Of a stretch of 64,000 nt of DNA, positions 20,246 to 32,869 are shown one piece after another. The position numbers and the translations under genes are program-made. Position 1 is the first letter of the stretch. Each line of letters starts with the position of its first letter. The DNA comes from Macrostomum lignano (Eukaryota), in the NCBI GenBank assembly GCA_002269645.1, contig NIVC01000149.1:1-64000 (forward strand), read 5' to 3'. Below the pieces are notes generated by a model, which saw nothing but the letters and a program-made list of their open reading frames with translations, made no database searches and was not told where the DNA came from.

Positions 20246-20540
20246 TAGAGCGTCGGATTCACGACTTGAAGGTCGGGGGTTCGATTTCCGATCCCACTGT
20301 AACAATTTGTGTCCTTGAGCTAGGCTTTTAACTCTGCACCGCTTCAGTTCACCCAGCTGTAAAATGGGTGCCAGCATTAGCTGGGGTAATTGAGGGTGTG
20401 TGTGGCGACCCTCCAGTCCTTGGACTGAACAGCCGTAGGCAGCTTTCAGATGCGCCGCGCAATAGCTGCGGCTGAGCTGTCGGTTGCACATCTGCTACAC
20501 TTGAGGCAGGTGTAATCAATTATTATTACTATTATTATTA
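20246..20540 (+). mobile_element. SINE family A, copy 3
   Basis: GGTTAGAGCG A-box, GGTTCGATTTCC B-box, CORE-like block, (TTA)n tail. Confidence 0.85.
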
Positions 20541-21298
20541 AAAGTCAGAGTTTGTTGGCATATAAACTGCCTCGCTGTTATTGATTGTGATGAAAAACGT
20601 ATTCTTTTCCTATCTCCGCAGTGTGTTTTTTTCTAGGAAATCGGCCTTCAAAAACTTACACGATCTTTGAGTTTTACGCCCTGTTATGCTACAGTGGTCC
20701 TTGGCTGCGCTCTTACTGCTCTCTATCTATTTCATCTCGTGTGCCCTTTCTATGCCCTTTATATTGATGCTTTTGCAGGCTTCTCAACTATGGAGTCACA
20801 TTAATAAATACGGTTTGGCTCTGAGCTATTTCGCTTGCTCGTCTCTTTTCGCTTGCAAATATTTCGTGAACTGTGAGCTTGTCCGGACTAGCAGAGCCAA
20901 ACAATCAATACAATTGCGGATCGTGACCGAGGCCAGGTGCTTCAGGCGGAGCCGTGTGTCCATGCCGAGCACAAAAGGCAACTTGGGCTGCCCGCTCTCG
21001 ATATGACTTCCTTCCTTAGCCTTGAGTCTCTGCCATGCGGAGCAGGGCCAATCAAGCTGGGGCTCCACATCCGGTATGCGGAAAGACTCGCAGGTTTGAT
21101 GCACGGCCGGAGTTAGCGAGCGAATGCTCACTTCAGCCGCCTAAGCGGCAGGCTTGAAAGCCACTTCCTCTTAAGCTGTCGTCTCAGATGATATTGATGG
21201 AAACGGACTGCCCTCTCTGCAGGCTGCCCCGACAGGGCTGCGTTCTCATTCCATAATTTCAAATAGATAATAAAAAACCGACGGTAACAACCGAAAAT

Positions 21299-21778
21299 AG
21301 GTGCTGCGACTTCCGCTAACAGGTGCTGCGACATCCGCTAACAGGTGCTGCGACATCCGCTAACAGGTGCTGCGACATCCGCTAACAGGTGCTGCGACAT
21401 CCGCTAACAGGTGCTGCGACATCCGCTAACAGGTGCTGCGACTTCCGCTAACAGATGCTGCAACTTCCGCTAACAGATGCTGCGACATCCGCTAACAGAT
21501 GCTGCGACTTCCGCTAACAGATGCTGCGACTTCCGCTAACAGATGCTGCGACTTCCGCTAACAGATGCTGCGACTTCCGCTAACAGATGCTGCGACTTCC
21601 GCTAACAGATGCTGCGACTTCCGCTAACAGATGCTGCGAACTTCCGCTAACAGATGCTGCGACTTCCGCTAACAGATGCTGCGACTTCCGCTAACAGATG
21701 CTGCTGCGACTTCCGCTAACAGGTGCTGCGACTTCCGCTAACAGGTGCTGCGACTTCCGCTAACAGGTGCTGCTGAGA
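21299..21778. repeat. 22-bp minisatellite (~22 copies)
   Basis: Unit CCGCTAACAG(G/A)TGCTGCGAC(A/T)T. Confidence 0.96.
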
Positions 21779-22141
21779 CTTTCACAGATTCAGTTTTTCC
21801 GACAGAAGGTTTAATTGGCATATAATATTTGAGCCATGAAACAAAGCACTATATAATAATAAGCATAATAATGAAAGGTCCTGGAGTAGAGTCAAAATAA
21901 GTAACCGTTAATGCTGCTCAGATTCACAAAGGTCATAAATAATTTTGTTCATTGAGATTTAGTCTTTTATCCGCTCGTGTTGGGGACTGAGACAGCATTG
22001 ATTTATTACTGATCAACACAGAGACAAGGCTTGCGATCTGTGTGACTGAGAAAACTATACAATGGAACAGCTAAGAATGAATTAATTAAATCAAGGATAC
22101 TCATAAGTACATAAGTACATGTAGTAGGGGTAAACTGGCTG

Positions 22142-22997
22142 CAGAGTGACAATCGGGACAGAGTGACAATCGGGACAGAGTGACAATCGGGACAGAGTGA
22201 CAATCGGGACAGAGTGACAATCGGGACAGAGTGACAATCGGGACAGAGTGACAATCGGGACAGAGTGACAATCGGGACAGAGTGACAATCGGGACAGAGT
22301 GACAATCGGGACAGAGTGACAATCGGGACAGAGTGACAATCGGGACAGAGTGACAATCGGGACAGAGTGACAATCGGGACAGAGTGACAATCGGGACAGA
22401 GTGACAATCGGGACAGAGTGACAATCGGGACAGAGTGACAATCGGGACAGAGTGACAATCGGGACAGAGTGACAATCGGGACAGAGTGACAATCGGACAG
22501 AGTGACAATCGGGACAGAGTGACAATCGGGACAGAGTGACAATCGGGACAGAGTGACAATCGGGACAGAGTGACAATCGGGACAGAGTGACAATCGGGAC
22601 AGAGTGACAATCGGACAGAGTGACAATCGGGACAGAGTGACAATCGGGACAGAGTGACAATCGGGACAGAGTGACAATCGGGACAGAGTGACAATCGGGA
22701 CAGAGTGACAATCGGGACAGAGTGACAATCGGGACAGAGTGACAATCGGGACAGAGTGACAATCGGGACAGAGTGACAATCGGGACAGAGTGACAATCGG
22801 GACAGAGTGACAATCGGGACAGAGTGACAATCGGGACAGAGTGACAATCGGGACAGAGTGACAATCGGGACAGAGTGACAATCGGGACAGAGTGACAATC
22901 GGGACAGAGTGACAATCGGACAGAGTGACAATCGGGACAGAGTGACAATCGGGACAGAGTGACAATCGGGACAGAGTGACAATCGGACAGAGTGACA
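22142..22997. repeat. 17-bp minisatellite (~50 copies)
   Basis: Unit CAGAGTGACAATCGGGA. Confidence 0.98.
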
Positions 22998-23656
22998 AAG
23001 AATACACAAGCAGCCAGTGCAAAATTAGCCCTGCCTGCAGGTATGCAGCAATCAATACTGAAAAAAGACAACATAAAACGGGATCTATGGATAATCTCAA
23101 GCTCGGGCGACATTATTTTCTCTCGGATTTAGTTTGCAACTTGATTTTCTCTTGCTTGAGCACCGGCAACTGAGCTCTGAAATCTGAAGCAGCCAGGCCG
23201 TTCCGGGAACTCATCGACTGGCCGTAAATTAGGCGGATCATCCTGGCGCTGGCTGAGCGGATTGCGAATCCGAAGTCCCAGTAATTAACTCTGCTCTGAG
23301 ATCCCCAGCCAGGACCCCTCGTATCCCTGTAGCAGCTCCTAATTTCCTCCAAGTCTTAGAAGAAAAAGATTTCCCCCAGAGTCGCCTTCCCCTTCCAGAC
23401 TTGGAGGCAGAGCGGCATGCAGATGGGGAGACAAGTTCGACAAGAAAATGAGGTAGTGGCAGAGACTGGAATTCCCCCCTTCATCAATACGCGGCAGGAA
23501 ATGGGCTGGCTGCATTATAAAGGTCAGAGAAAGGGGTAGTGAGGTTCAGGACGAGAATAGTCTGAGATGCAAAGAGATGAGAGAGAGAGAGAGAAGTAGA
23601 AGTGGCTTGAGAGCCAGACTAATAGAGGAGAATTTAATAGAATTCGGGACGGTAGA

Positions 23657-24183
23657 GAGAGACAGGGAGACAGAGAGACAGGGAGACAGAGAGACAGGGA
23701 GACAGAGAGACAGGGAGACAGAGAGACAGGGTGACAGAGAGACAGGGTGACAGAGAGACAGGGTGACAGAGAGACAGGGTGACAGAGAGACAGGGTGACA
23801 GAGAGACGGGGTGACAGAGAGACAGGGTGACAGAGAGACAGGGTGACAGAGAGACAGGGTGACAGAGAGACAGGGTGACAGAGAGACAGGGTGACAGAGA
23901 GACAGGGTGACAGAGAGACAGGATGACAGAGAGACAGGGTGACAGAGAGACAGGGTGACAGAGAGACAGGGTGACAGAGAGACAGGCTGACAGAGAGACA
24001 GGGTGACAGAGAGACGGGTGACAGAGAGACAGGGTGACAGAGAGACAGGGTGACAGAGAGACAGGGTGACAGAGAGACAGGATGACAGAGAGACAGGGTG
24101 ACAGAGAGACAGGGTGACAGAGAGACAGGGTGACAGAGAGACAGGGTGACAGAGACAGGCTGACAGAGAGACGGTGTGACAGA
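23657..24183. repeat. 16-bp minisatellite (~33 copies)
   Basis: Unit GACAGAGAGACAGGG(T/A). Confidence 0.97.
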
Positions 24184-25019
24184 CAAGGTGAGAACAGGAG
24201 AGCAGGATAGTAGAGACAGGATAGTCTCCTGCTGCACTACTTGTAGTAGCTGATCTAATTTGGTTCAGAAAGAACTTAATGCGCTTTTATCGATGCGTTT
24301 TTTTCCGAGAGGTCGAGGCTGGAAGCGCTAGAGCGGCAGGCTCACTATTATCTATTATTGTTAAGAGTTTGGCCGCATGGGCGCTCTGGCCGCTGCCGGA
24401 AATCAAGGCGACCCGCAACCAGCTTCCTGAAGGAAGCCAGCGAAGAAGCGGACAGTCATGCACACCCTGGCTGCTCTGCCCTATGCAATTTTTGTTGTTT
24501 CTTCCTTAATCGATGTACAAGAGCTCCGCTTCCAGTCCAGATCTCTAGCTTCGAGGACGGTCCATGACTGGTATCTGCGTTCCATCGGTAGACAAAACAT
24601 TTAGGCAATAAAGCAATCGGTGGCGCAGCGGGCACTGATTACCCCAACGGCGAATTTGTGCGCGCTCGCTTCGCCTTCGACAGGCAGGCCATGAGGAAAC
24701 CCTGCATTGCCGAACTGCCTTTTTTGCGAAGCGAGCTGCTCCCCCTGGCGGCTGCCGGCAAATTGCATCCCGATGTCCCGGGGCCAACGCTAGATGTCGC
24801 CCAGCATTCCGGGAGAAATCCAGATTTTTAATATCCAATTTTTATCTTTGCGGAATCGAATCGGCTGTATCACTGAAGGGTCGGCATCGCTGCATCTGGC
24901 TCATGCAGCCGAATGCAGGTCTGGTTGAAAGTTTTTCGCTGTTTTCCTCGCTATTGTTGTTTGCTATTCTCAATGCTGCATGCCTCAGTTGGCTGAATGC
25001 TGGTCATGATTCAGCTGCT

Positions 25020-27358
25020 CTCTCTTCATCTCACTCTCTTCTCGCCTCTCTTCCTCTCTTCTTCTCCCTCCTCTCCATCCCTCTCTTTTCTCCCTCTCTT
25101 CTTCTTCCTCTCTCCCCCTATCGGCTCTCCCTCTCTCTCCCCCCTCTCTCCTCTTCTCCCTCTCCCTCCCAGAGCAGAGAGAGCAGAAGAGAACAACAGA
25201 GAGCAGGAGAGACCAGAGAGAACAACAGAGAGAACAACAGAGAGCAGGAGAGACCAGAGAGAACAACAGAGAGAACAACAGAGAGCAGGAGAGACCAGAG
25301 AGAACAAGAAAGAACAACAGAGAGAACAACAGAAGCAGAGAGACAGAGAGAACAACAGAAAGAACAACAGAGAGAACAACAGAGAGCAGGAGAGACCAGA
25401 AAGAACAACAGAGAGAACAACAGAGAGCAGGAGAGACCAGAGAGAACAACAGAGAGAACAACAGAGAGCAGGAGAGACCAGAGAGAACAACAGAGAGAAC
25501 AACAGAGAGCAGGAGAGACCAGAGAGAACAACAGAAAGAACAACAGAGAGCAGGAGAGACCAGAAAGAACAACAGAGAGAACAACAGAGAGCAGGAGAGA
25601 CCAGAGAGAACAACAGAAAGAACAACAGAGAGAACAACAGAGAGCAGGAGAGACCAGAAAGAACAACAGAGAGAACAACAGAGAGCAGGAGAGACCAGAG
25701 AGAACAACAGAGAGAACAACAGAGAGCAGGAGAGACCAGAATGAACAACAGAGAGAACAACAGAGAGCAGGAGAGACCAGAGAGAACAACAGAAAGAACA
25801 ACAGAGAGAACAACAGAGAGCAGGAGAGACCAGAAAGAGCAACAGAGAGAACAACAGAGAGCAGGAGAGACCAGAGAGAGAACAACAGAGAGCAGGAGAG
25901 ACCAGAATGAACAACAGAGAGAACAACAGAGAGCAGGAGAGACCAGAGAGAACAACAGAAAGAACAACAGAGAGAACAACAGAGAGCAGGAGAGACCAGA
26001 AAGAACAACAGAGAGAACAACAGAGAGCAGGAGAGACCAGAGAGAACAACAGAGAGAACAACAGAGAGCAGGAGAGACCAGAATGAACAACAGAGAGAAC
26101 AACAGAGAGCAGGAGAGACCAGAAAGAACAACAGAGAGAACAACAGAGAGCAGGAGAGACCAGAGAGAACAACAGAGAGCAGGAGAGACCAGAGAGAACA
26201 ACAGAGAGCAGGAGAGACCAGAGAGAACAACAGAGAGAACAACAGAGAGCAGGAGAGACCAGAATGAACAACAGAGAGAACAACAGAGAGCAGGAGAGAC
26301 CAGAAAGAACAACAGAGAGAACAACAGAGAGCAGGAGAGACCAGAAAGAACAACAGAGAGCAGGAGAGACCAGAGAGAACAACAGAGAGCAGGAGAGACC
26401 AGAGAGAACAACAGAGAGAACAACAGAGAGCAGGAGAGACCAGAATGAACAACAGAGAGAACAACAGAGAGCAGGAGAGACCAGAGAGAACAACAGAGAG
26501 CAGGAGAGACCAGAGAGAACAACAGAGAGCAGGAGAGACCAGAGAGAACAACAGAGAGCAGGAGAGACCAGAGAGAACAACAGAGAGAACAACAGAGAGA
26601 ACAACAGAGAGCAGGAGAGACCAGAATGAACAACAGAGAGAACAACAGAGAGCAGGAGAGACCAGAAAGAACAACAGAGAGAGGAGAGACGACAGAGAGC
26701 AGGAGAGACCAGAGAGAACAACAGAGAGCAGGAGAGACCAGAGAGAACAACAGAGAGAACAACAGAGAGAACAACAGAGAGCAGGAGAGACCAGAATGAA
26801 CAACAGAGAGAACAACAGAGAGCAGGAGAGACCAGAAAGAACAACAGAGAGAACAACAGAGAGCAGGAGAGACCAGAAAGAACAACAGAGAGCAGGAGAG
26901 ACCAGAGAGAACAACAGAGAGAACAACAGAGAGCAGGAGAGACCAGAAAGAACAACAGAGAGCAGGAGAGACCAGAGAGAACAACAGAGAGAACAACAGA
27001 GAGCAGGAGAGACCAGAAAGAACAACAGAGAGAACAACAGAGAGCAGGAGAGACCAGAGAGAACAACAGAGAGCAGGAGAGACCAGAGAGAACAACAGAA
27101 CAGGAGAGACCAGAGAGAACAACAGAGAGAACAACAGCAGGAGACCAGACCAGAAAACAACAGAACAGACAGAGAGCAGAGAGAGACCAGAGAGAGAGCA
27201 GGAGAGACCAGAGAGAACAACAGAGAGAGACCAGAGAGAGACAACAGAGAGAACAACAGAGAGCAGGAGAGACCAGAATGAACAACAGAGAGAACAACAG
27301 AGAGCAGGAGAGACCAGAGAGAACAACAGAGAGAACAACAGAGAGCAGGAGAGAGCAG
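25020..27358. repeat. CT-rich tract (25020-25170) followed by a 2.2-kb modular purine-rich array
   Basis: Modules AGAGAACAACAG (12 bp) and AGAGCAGGAGAGACCAG (17 bp) in variable order. Confidence 0.96.
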
Positions 27359-27872
27359 AGGATCAAGTTGCAGACAATGCGTATTGCAGACATCGGATAA
27401 GAGTTGAAGTGATCAGATAAAACAAATGAAAAGTGGAAACTTGATTCTTAATTGAATAAGAATCAGGATCGCATTGCTATTAAAATCTTGAGGCTTTCTC
27501 AACGGACTAATGCTTTATAAAAGGAATTAATCTGAAACGGCTCTTGGTAAATTGCAGACTGAATAAAAGACTTCGCATTCTGCCGACTGCCACCTAAGAG
27601 TAGAGGAGATTGCAAGCATTGTTTGTTTCAAATGACTTCATCAATGAAGGCTGAAAATAGTAAGCCATTTTATCCAAGTTTTTCGCTGCCACGCGTCGTA
27701 ATTTTGATTGCTCTATTGGTGTAATTTGTAACTTTGTGCCACCTATCTGGCATGTAGCTAAATAGGAAATGTACTTCTTTCACAGTCAGTTCAACAGCAA
27801 ATTTAGGGGCTGAATTGTAGCGGCTTTGTGAATTCATGGCGGACACAAAGAGACCAGGACACTAAGTGGAGC

Positions 27873-28402
27873 GAGTGACGCTTGGTGGAGTGACGCTTGG
27901 TGGAGTGACGCTTGGTGGAGTGACGCTTGGTGGACTGACGCTTGGTGGAGTGACGCTTGGTGGAGTGACGCTTGGTGGAGTGACGCTTGGTGGAGTGACG
28001 CTTGGTGGACTGACGCTTGGTGGAGTGACGCTTGGTGGAGTGACGCTTGGTGGAGTGACGCTTGGTGGAGTGACGCTTGGTGGAGTGACGCTTGGTGGAG
28101 TGACGCTTGGTGGAGTGACGCTTGGTGGAGTGACGCTTGGTGGAGTGACGCTTGGTGGAGTGACGCTTGGTGGAGTGACGCTTGGTGGAGTGACGCTTGG
28201 TGGAGTGACGCTTGGTGGAGTGACGCTTGGTGGAGTGATGCTTGGTGGAGTGATGCTTGGAGTGATGCTTGGTGGAGTGACGCTTGGTGGAGTGACGCTT
28301 GGTGGAGTGATGCTTGGTGGAGTGATGCTTGGTGGAGTGATGCTTGGTGGAGTGATGCTTGGTGGAGTGATGCTTGGTGGAGTGACGCTTGTTGGACTGA
28401 CA
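27873..28402. repeat. 15-bp minisatellite A
   Basis: Unit GTGA(C/T)GCTTGGTGGA, ~35 copies. Confidence 0.97.
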
Positions 28403-28457
28403 TTTGGTGCAGAGATATTGGATACAGACATATAGCAGAGTGGAATTCGTAGATTGA

Positions 28458-28910
28458 CACCTGGTAGAGTGATACCTGGTAGAGTGATACCTGGTAGAGT
28501 GATACCTGGTAGAGTGATACCTGGTAGAGTGATACCTGGTAGAGTGATACCTGGTAGAGTGATACCTGGTAGAGTGATACCTGGTAGAGTGATACCTGGT
28601 AGAGTGATACCTGGTAGAGTGATACCTGGTAGAGTGATACCTGGTAGAGTGATACCTGGTAGAGTGATACCTGGTAGAGTGATACCTGGTAGAGTGATAC
28701 CTGGTAAAGTGACACCTAATTAGTGACAACTGGTAAAGTGACACCTAATTAGTGACACCTGGTAAAGTGACACCTAATTAGTGACAACTGGTAAAGTGAC
28801 ACCTAATTAGTGACAACTGGTAAAGTGACACCTGGTAAAGTGGCACCTGGTAGTGTGACACCTGGTAGTGTGACACCTGGTAGTGTGACACCTGGTAGTG
28901 TGACACCTGG
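28458..28910. repeat. 15-bp minisatellite B grading into degenerate related 15-mers
   Basis: GTGATACCTGGTAGA x~17, then GTGACACCTAATTA / GTGACAACTGGTAAA / GTGACACCTGGTAGT. Confidence 0.95.
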
Positions 28911-29631
28911 TGCAACGAAGTTTTGTCTAGTTAAATCTGATGGAATGACATTTAGTGCCGTGGGATTTGGTGATCTAACATTTGACGGTGTGACATCTCA
29001 TGGAGCGATATTTAGTGAAGTGACATCGTGGCAAAATGAAAAATGTGTTTAAAAATGACGGAGTAATTATGATTCTCGCCAATTACAGCAATGGGGGTGA
29101 TACGCAAAAATATTTCAAAAGTATCTGCTTTCAATGTCAGTACAATGAAAGTACATTGCAGTGAGGAAATTCCTCCCATAGTCTTTAGACTGCTTAAAAA
29201 CAAATCTGAGTTTTCTCGCTTATTTTACAGCTCAAAGTTAAGCAGTATGACCGGTTCCATCGAGTTTCGTTTCCTTCGATCGCGCGCAGTCGCTGGCTTC
29301 TATAAAATGCAAGCACGGCAGCGAGGGGGGCACGGAGACGACAGGGCATTAAATAGTGGAATGGTTTTTTCTCTAGCCAGAGGTCCTTCCATGAATCTGA
29401 CATTAGGTTTCAGAGGCAGAACCACGCGCTGACCTTGTGATTGTTATCGCGTTATAAAAAAGGATAGAATTGTCATTGACCTTGGACAATCACGCGCAAA
29501 GTCGCGTGATAGATGTTGACCTTGGAGAATCCGTTGCGGGGTTTCCAATTACTGTAAAGTAAAGCGCGTACTTATAGTATACTAAGCACAGGTCACGTGA
29601 TCGACATTGACCTTGGAGAATTACGCATACA

Positions 29632-30899
29632 TTAGACACGGGTCACGTGATCATCAGAAAGCAACGGCTGGGCCGGAGGCTCCGAGGGCTCCTCCGGCAT
29701 CGTCGCTAGCCTCGGCTGGGGAGTCGCCTTCAACGCCGGCTCAGCAGTTCCGTTTCGGCCGATGCCGACGCAGTCGCTCCGCCGTCGGCTGCTCTCAGCT
29801 GGCCTCCAGTTTGGGCGTCGAGTCGTTGCCCAGCCGCTCAGCAGCCTGTCGGGGTCCTGAGATTGGTCGCGGCGTCGGCAACAGCGGCGCTGCAGGACGG
29901 CCGACCGGAACATCGAGTTGGTGGTCATGTAGATGATGAAGTTGCAGGTGGAGTCCAGATTAACGCACAGGTTGGCGATTCCAATGGCGTAGGTGACGGC
30001 CGCGTCCCAGAACGGGTTGCCCTCCTCTACCCGGGTGCCGATGAGCACGAACAGGAACATGGGCGTCTCCATGCAGACGAAAGCGATGAGCAGAATCTGG
30101 ATGGTACGGGTGGCCTTGCTGTGCTGCGCGCTGGCGCCGCTGAATCCGACGCCGCTGGTGCCGGCACCGCCGCCGCCGCGCTCGTTGAGTTGATCGCTCC
30201 GACCCGACTGCGCCGCAAGCCGATTGTCATGGCAACGGAGGCCACAGCTACGATGGCCACGGGCAGCACAGCCTGCAGGAACATGGTGACCACATAGAAC
30301 TCCGAGTAATACTCGAAGGGCTTCAAGTCGTTTTTGGCAAAAATCCGCCCCGTGTCCTCGCAGAAGTTGAAGCCCTCCTGGAAGGCCTTCGGCACGGCGG
30401 AGGCCAGGCCCAGCAGCACGATGACCGCCGAGGTGGCCACCAGAGTTCGATGGCCGAAGAAGCGGCCGGTGTTGCGGGAGAAGGGGCGCAGGACGGCCTC
30501 GCAGCGGCTCACGGCGATCAGCACCACCGACCAGTTGCGGGCGATGATGAAGGCGTTGGCCATCACCCAGGTGATCGTCAGGAAGTTCACGATGCCGCGG
30601 GGCACCTGGGCGGACGGATAGCGGATCCGGGAGCCGACCACCTCCAGCAGGATGCGCACCGTCTCCACGCTGGTCATGCCGAATGACGTCATCATCTCAT
30701 TGAAAGACAGGATGAGCAGCAGCAATCGCACGGTGGAGTCTCTCTGCTTGTGGCAGAGGAAGACAAAAAAGCAGAGGCAGTTCAACACGAGGTTGACGCA
30801 GCCGAGCAGCACGAAGGAGCCTTTGATGAGGCCGAGGCTGAGCGGCCCGGCCAGGCTGACGTTGCTGCAGTTCTCCGAGAGCGAATGCAGATGAAACAT
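29632..30899 (-). CDS. Paralogous orphan class A peptide-type GPCR (~422 aa) with one 1-nt frameshift at ~30204; possible upstream coding exon 31065-31110/31122
   Basis: Shares blocks with the 18409 gene (NLVLN, FGMTSVE, ARNW..LRPF.RNTGR, QAVLP, KATRT, NLDSTCNF..Y). 1268+1 nt = 423 codons. A phase-consistent intron 30932-31064 links an upstream in-frame ATG at 31110. Confidence 0.83.
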
Positions 30900-31168
30900 T
30901 TCCTGATTCTGTCTGCTGGCAGGAGTTGCTACTAGAAGGAAAAGGAGATTGGTAGCGAGCGCTACTGCAAAGAAACTCTTCCGAGCTTTATTCTGCTTCT
31001 GCTCCTCTGGAGGACTCGGCCATTGGCCAAGGTAGGATTCCGGCTGGGCCAATGGACGCGTCACCTGCTATTTCCTCAGAGTCAGACTCTGCCTCTACTC
31101 GTAGCTTCATCACCACACAGTTCTACAGGTAATGAAGTAATTTTTTTCATTAAAAACCATTGGATATG

Positions 31169-31905
31169 TTGCTCTCCCTCTCCCTCACCCTCTCCATCTC
31201 CCTCACCCTCTCCCTCTCCCTCTCCCTCACTTTCTCCATCTCCCTCTCCCTCACCCTCTCCATCTCCCTCACCCTCACCCTCTCCATCTCCCTCACCCTC
31301 TCCCTCTCCCTCTCCCTCTCCCTCACTTTCTCCATCTCCCTCTCCCTCACCCTCTCCATCTCCCTCTCCCTCACCCTCTCCATCTCCCTCACCCTCACCC
31401 TCTCCATCTCCCTCACCCTCACCCTCTCCATCTCCCTCACCCTCTCCCTCTCCATCTCCCTCACCCTCACCCTCTCCATCTCCCTCGCCCTCTCCCTCAC
31501 CCTCTCCATCTCCCTCACCCTCACCCTCTCCATCTCCCTCACCCTCACCCTCTCCATCTCCCTCACCCTCACCCTCTCCATCTCCCTCACCCTCACCCTC
31601 TCCATCTCCCTCGCCCTCTCCCTCACCCTCTCCATCTCACTCACCCTCTCCCTCTCCCTCACCCTCTCCATCTCCCTCGCCCTCTCCCTCACCCTCCCCT
31701 CTAGCTTGTTCTCCCTCTCCCTCTCCCTCTCCCTCTCCCTCTCCCTCACCCTCTCCCTCACTCTCTCCTTCTCCCTTACCCTCCCCTCCCCTCTCCTCCC
31801 TCTCCCTCTCCCACTCCCTCACCCTCCACTCTCACTCCCTCTGACTCTCCCTCACTCTGACTCACTCTCTCCCTCACCCTCACCTCTCTCTCCCTCTCCT
31901 TCTCC
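31169..31905. repeat. Polypyrimidine hexamer-based array (CTCTCC/CTCACC/CCATCT)
   Basis: Direct reading. Confidence 0.96.
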
Positions 31906-32869
31906 CTCCTCCTCTCTTCCTTTCCCTTCTTTTCTTTTTCCTTCTCGCTTTCCTATCCTTCTCCCCTCTTTTTTCTTGTCCTTTCAATCTCCCTCTCCCT
32001 CTCATCTCTCCCTCCCTGGCGCACAGGTTCAGGAACCCCTTTGGACAGTGACAGCCCAGTTCATCTTTATCTTCTTGCTTCTTAATCTCATTCTCCCTCC
32101 AGCCTCTACCCTCCTTCACTCTCCCTCTCTTCATTCCATGCTCTGTTCTGTTCATTTTACGAGCCAACTCCATTCAAGACAAAGAGAAAAGAAAGACGAC
32201 TTCAGAAAATGTAATTTTTCCCGGCACAGAAGAAGAAAACTGGTGTCAGCCCGACAGTTACTCGCACAATCCAGCATTGCCATCGCAGAGAGTCAACGAG
32301 GGCCAAGGACTTCTAATCGGCTTCCAGTCCAACGATTCATTGATTTCTGGGAGGCGGCCACCGGCACAGAAGCGACTTTTTCTGCAGCCCCCCACCCGAT
32401 CTAAAAACTCGCTGAAGAGAAGTGGGCTCAGAGTTCTTCTGTGTAGCTCAGATCCTCCTACCTGCATTCTCTCCAGGTCAAGTGGAGAGCTTTGGAGATG
32501 CCAGCAGAGTTGAAGTCCAGTGCGTCAGGATGATTGCCAAGTCACCAGCTATGGGCGCTATGTTTAGCCAAACAAAAGCGAAGGTCAGAGGAACTTCATT
32601 GTAAAAAAGTACAAAGCAAGCAAGCTGCTTGTCAGCAATATGAAACCTGTGCGGCTTCTGGGAACAAAGGGGATTTGATCGAGACCGCTTAATCCTTCGG
32701 AGCTGGGGCTGAATGATGGCAATGGGAGATGCGCCGTGTTCGGGGCGTCTGCGGCTGGGATGCCATTCAGGGAGCTTTATTGAATAGGAGAATGGGATCA
32801 TGGACGCAGAGGGAGGAGTGGAAAAAGAATAGAAGTGAATCGAACAGATGTAAGAGAGGGGGAGGAAAT

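Noticed and set aside
21132-21237. Possible minus-strand exon (cag|..|GTGAGC, one open frame LSGQPAERAVRFHQYHLRR..)
   Set aside because: No recognisable homology, weak pyrimidine tract, and no convincing partner exon.
22006-23113. Cys-rich ORFs (CPDCHSVPIVTLSRLSL)n resembling metal-binding repeats
   Set aside because: All three minus frames give the same permuted peptide from a 17-bp DNA unit.
24903-27393. Long ORFs on both strands (up to 802 aa; QREQQR / SLLFSL repeats)
   Set aside because: Open in several frames because the array lacks T on one strand; low-complexity artefact.
31023-32404. (SP)n extensin-like and (SL)n ORFs
   Set aside because: Translations of a CT hexamer microsatellite.
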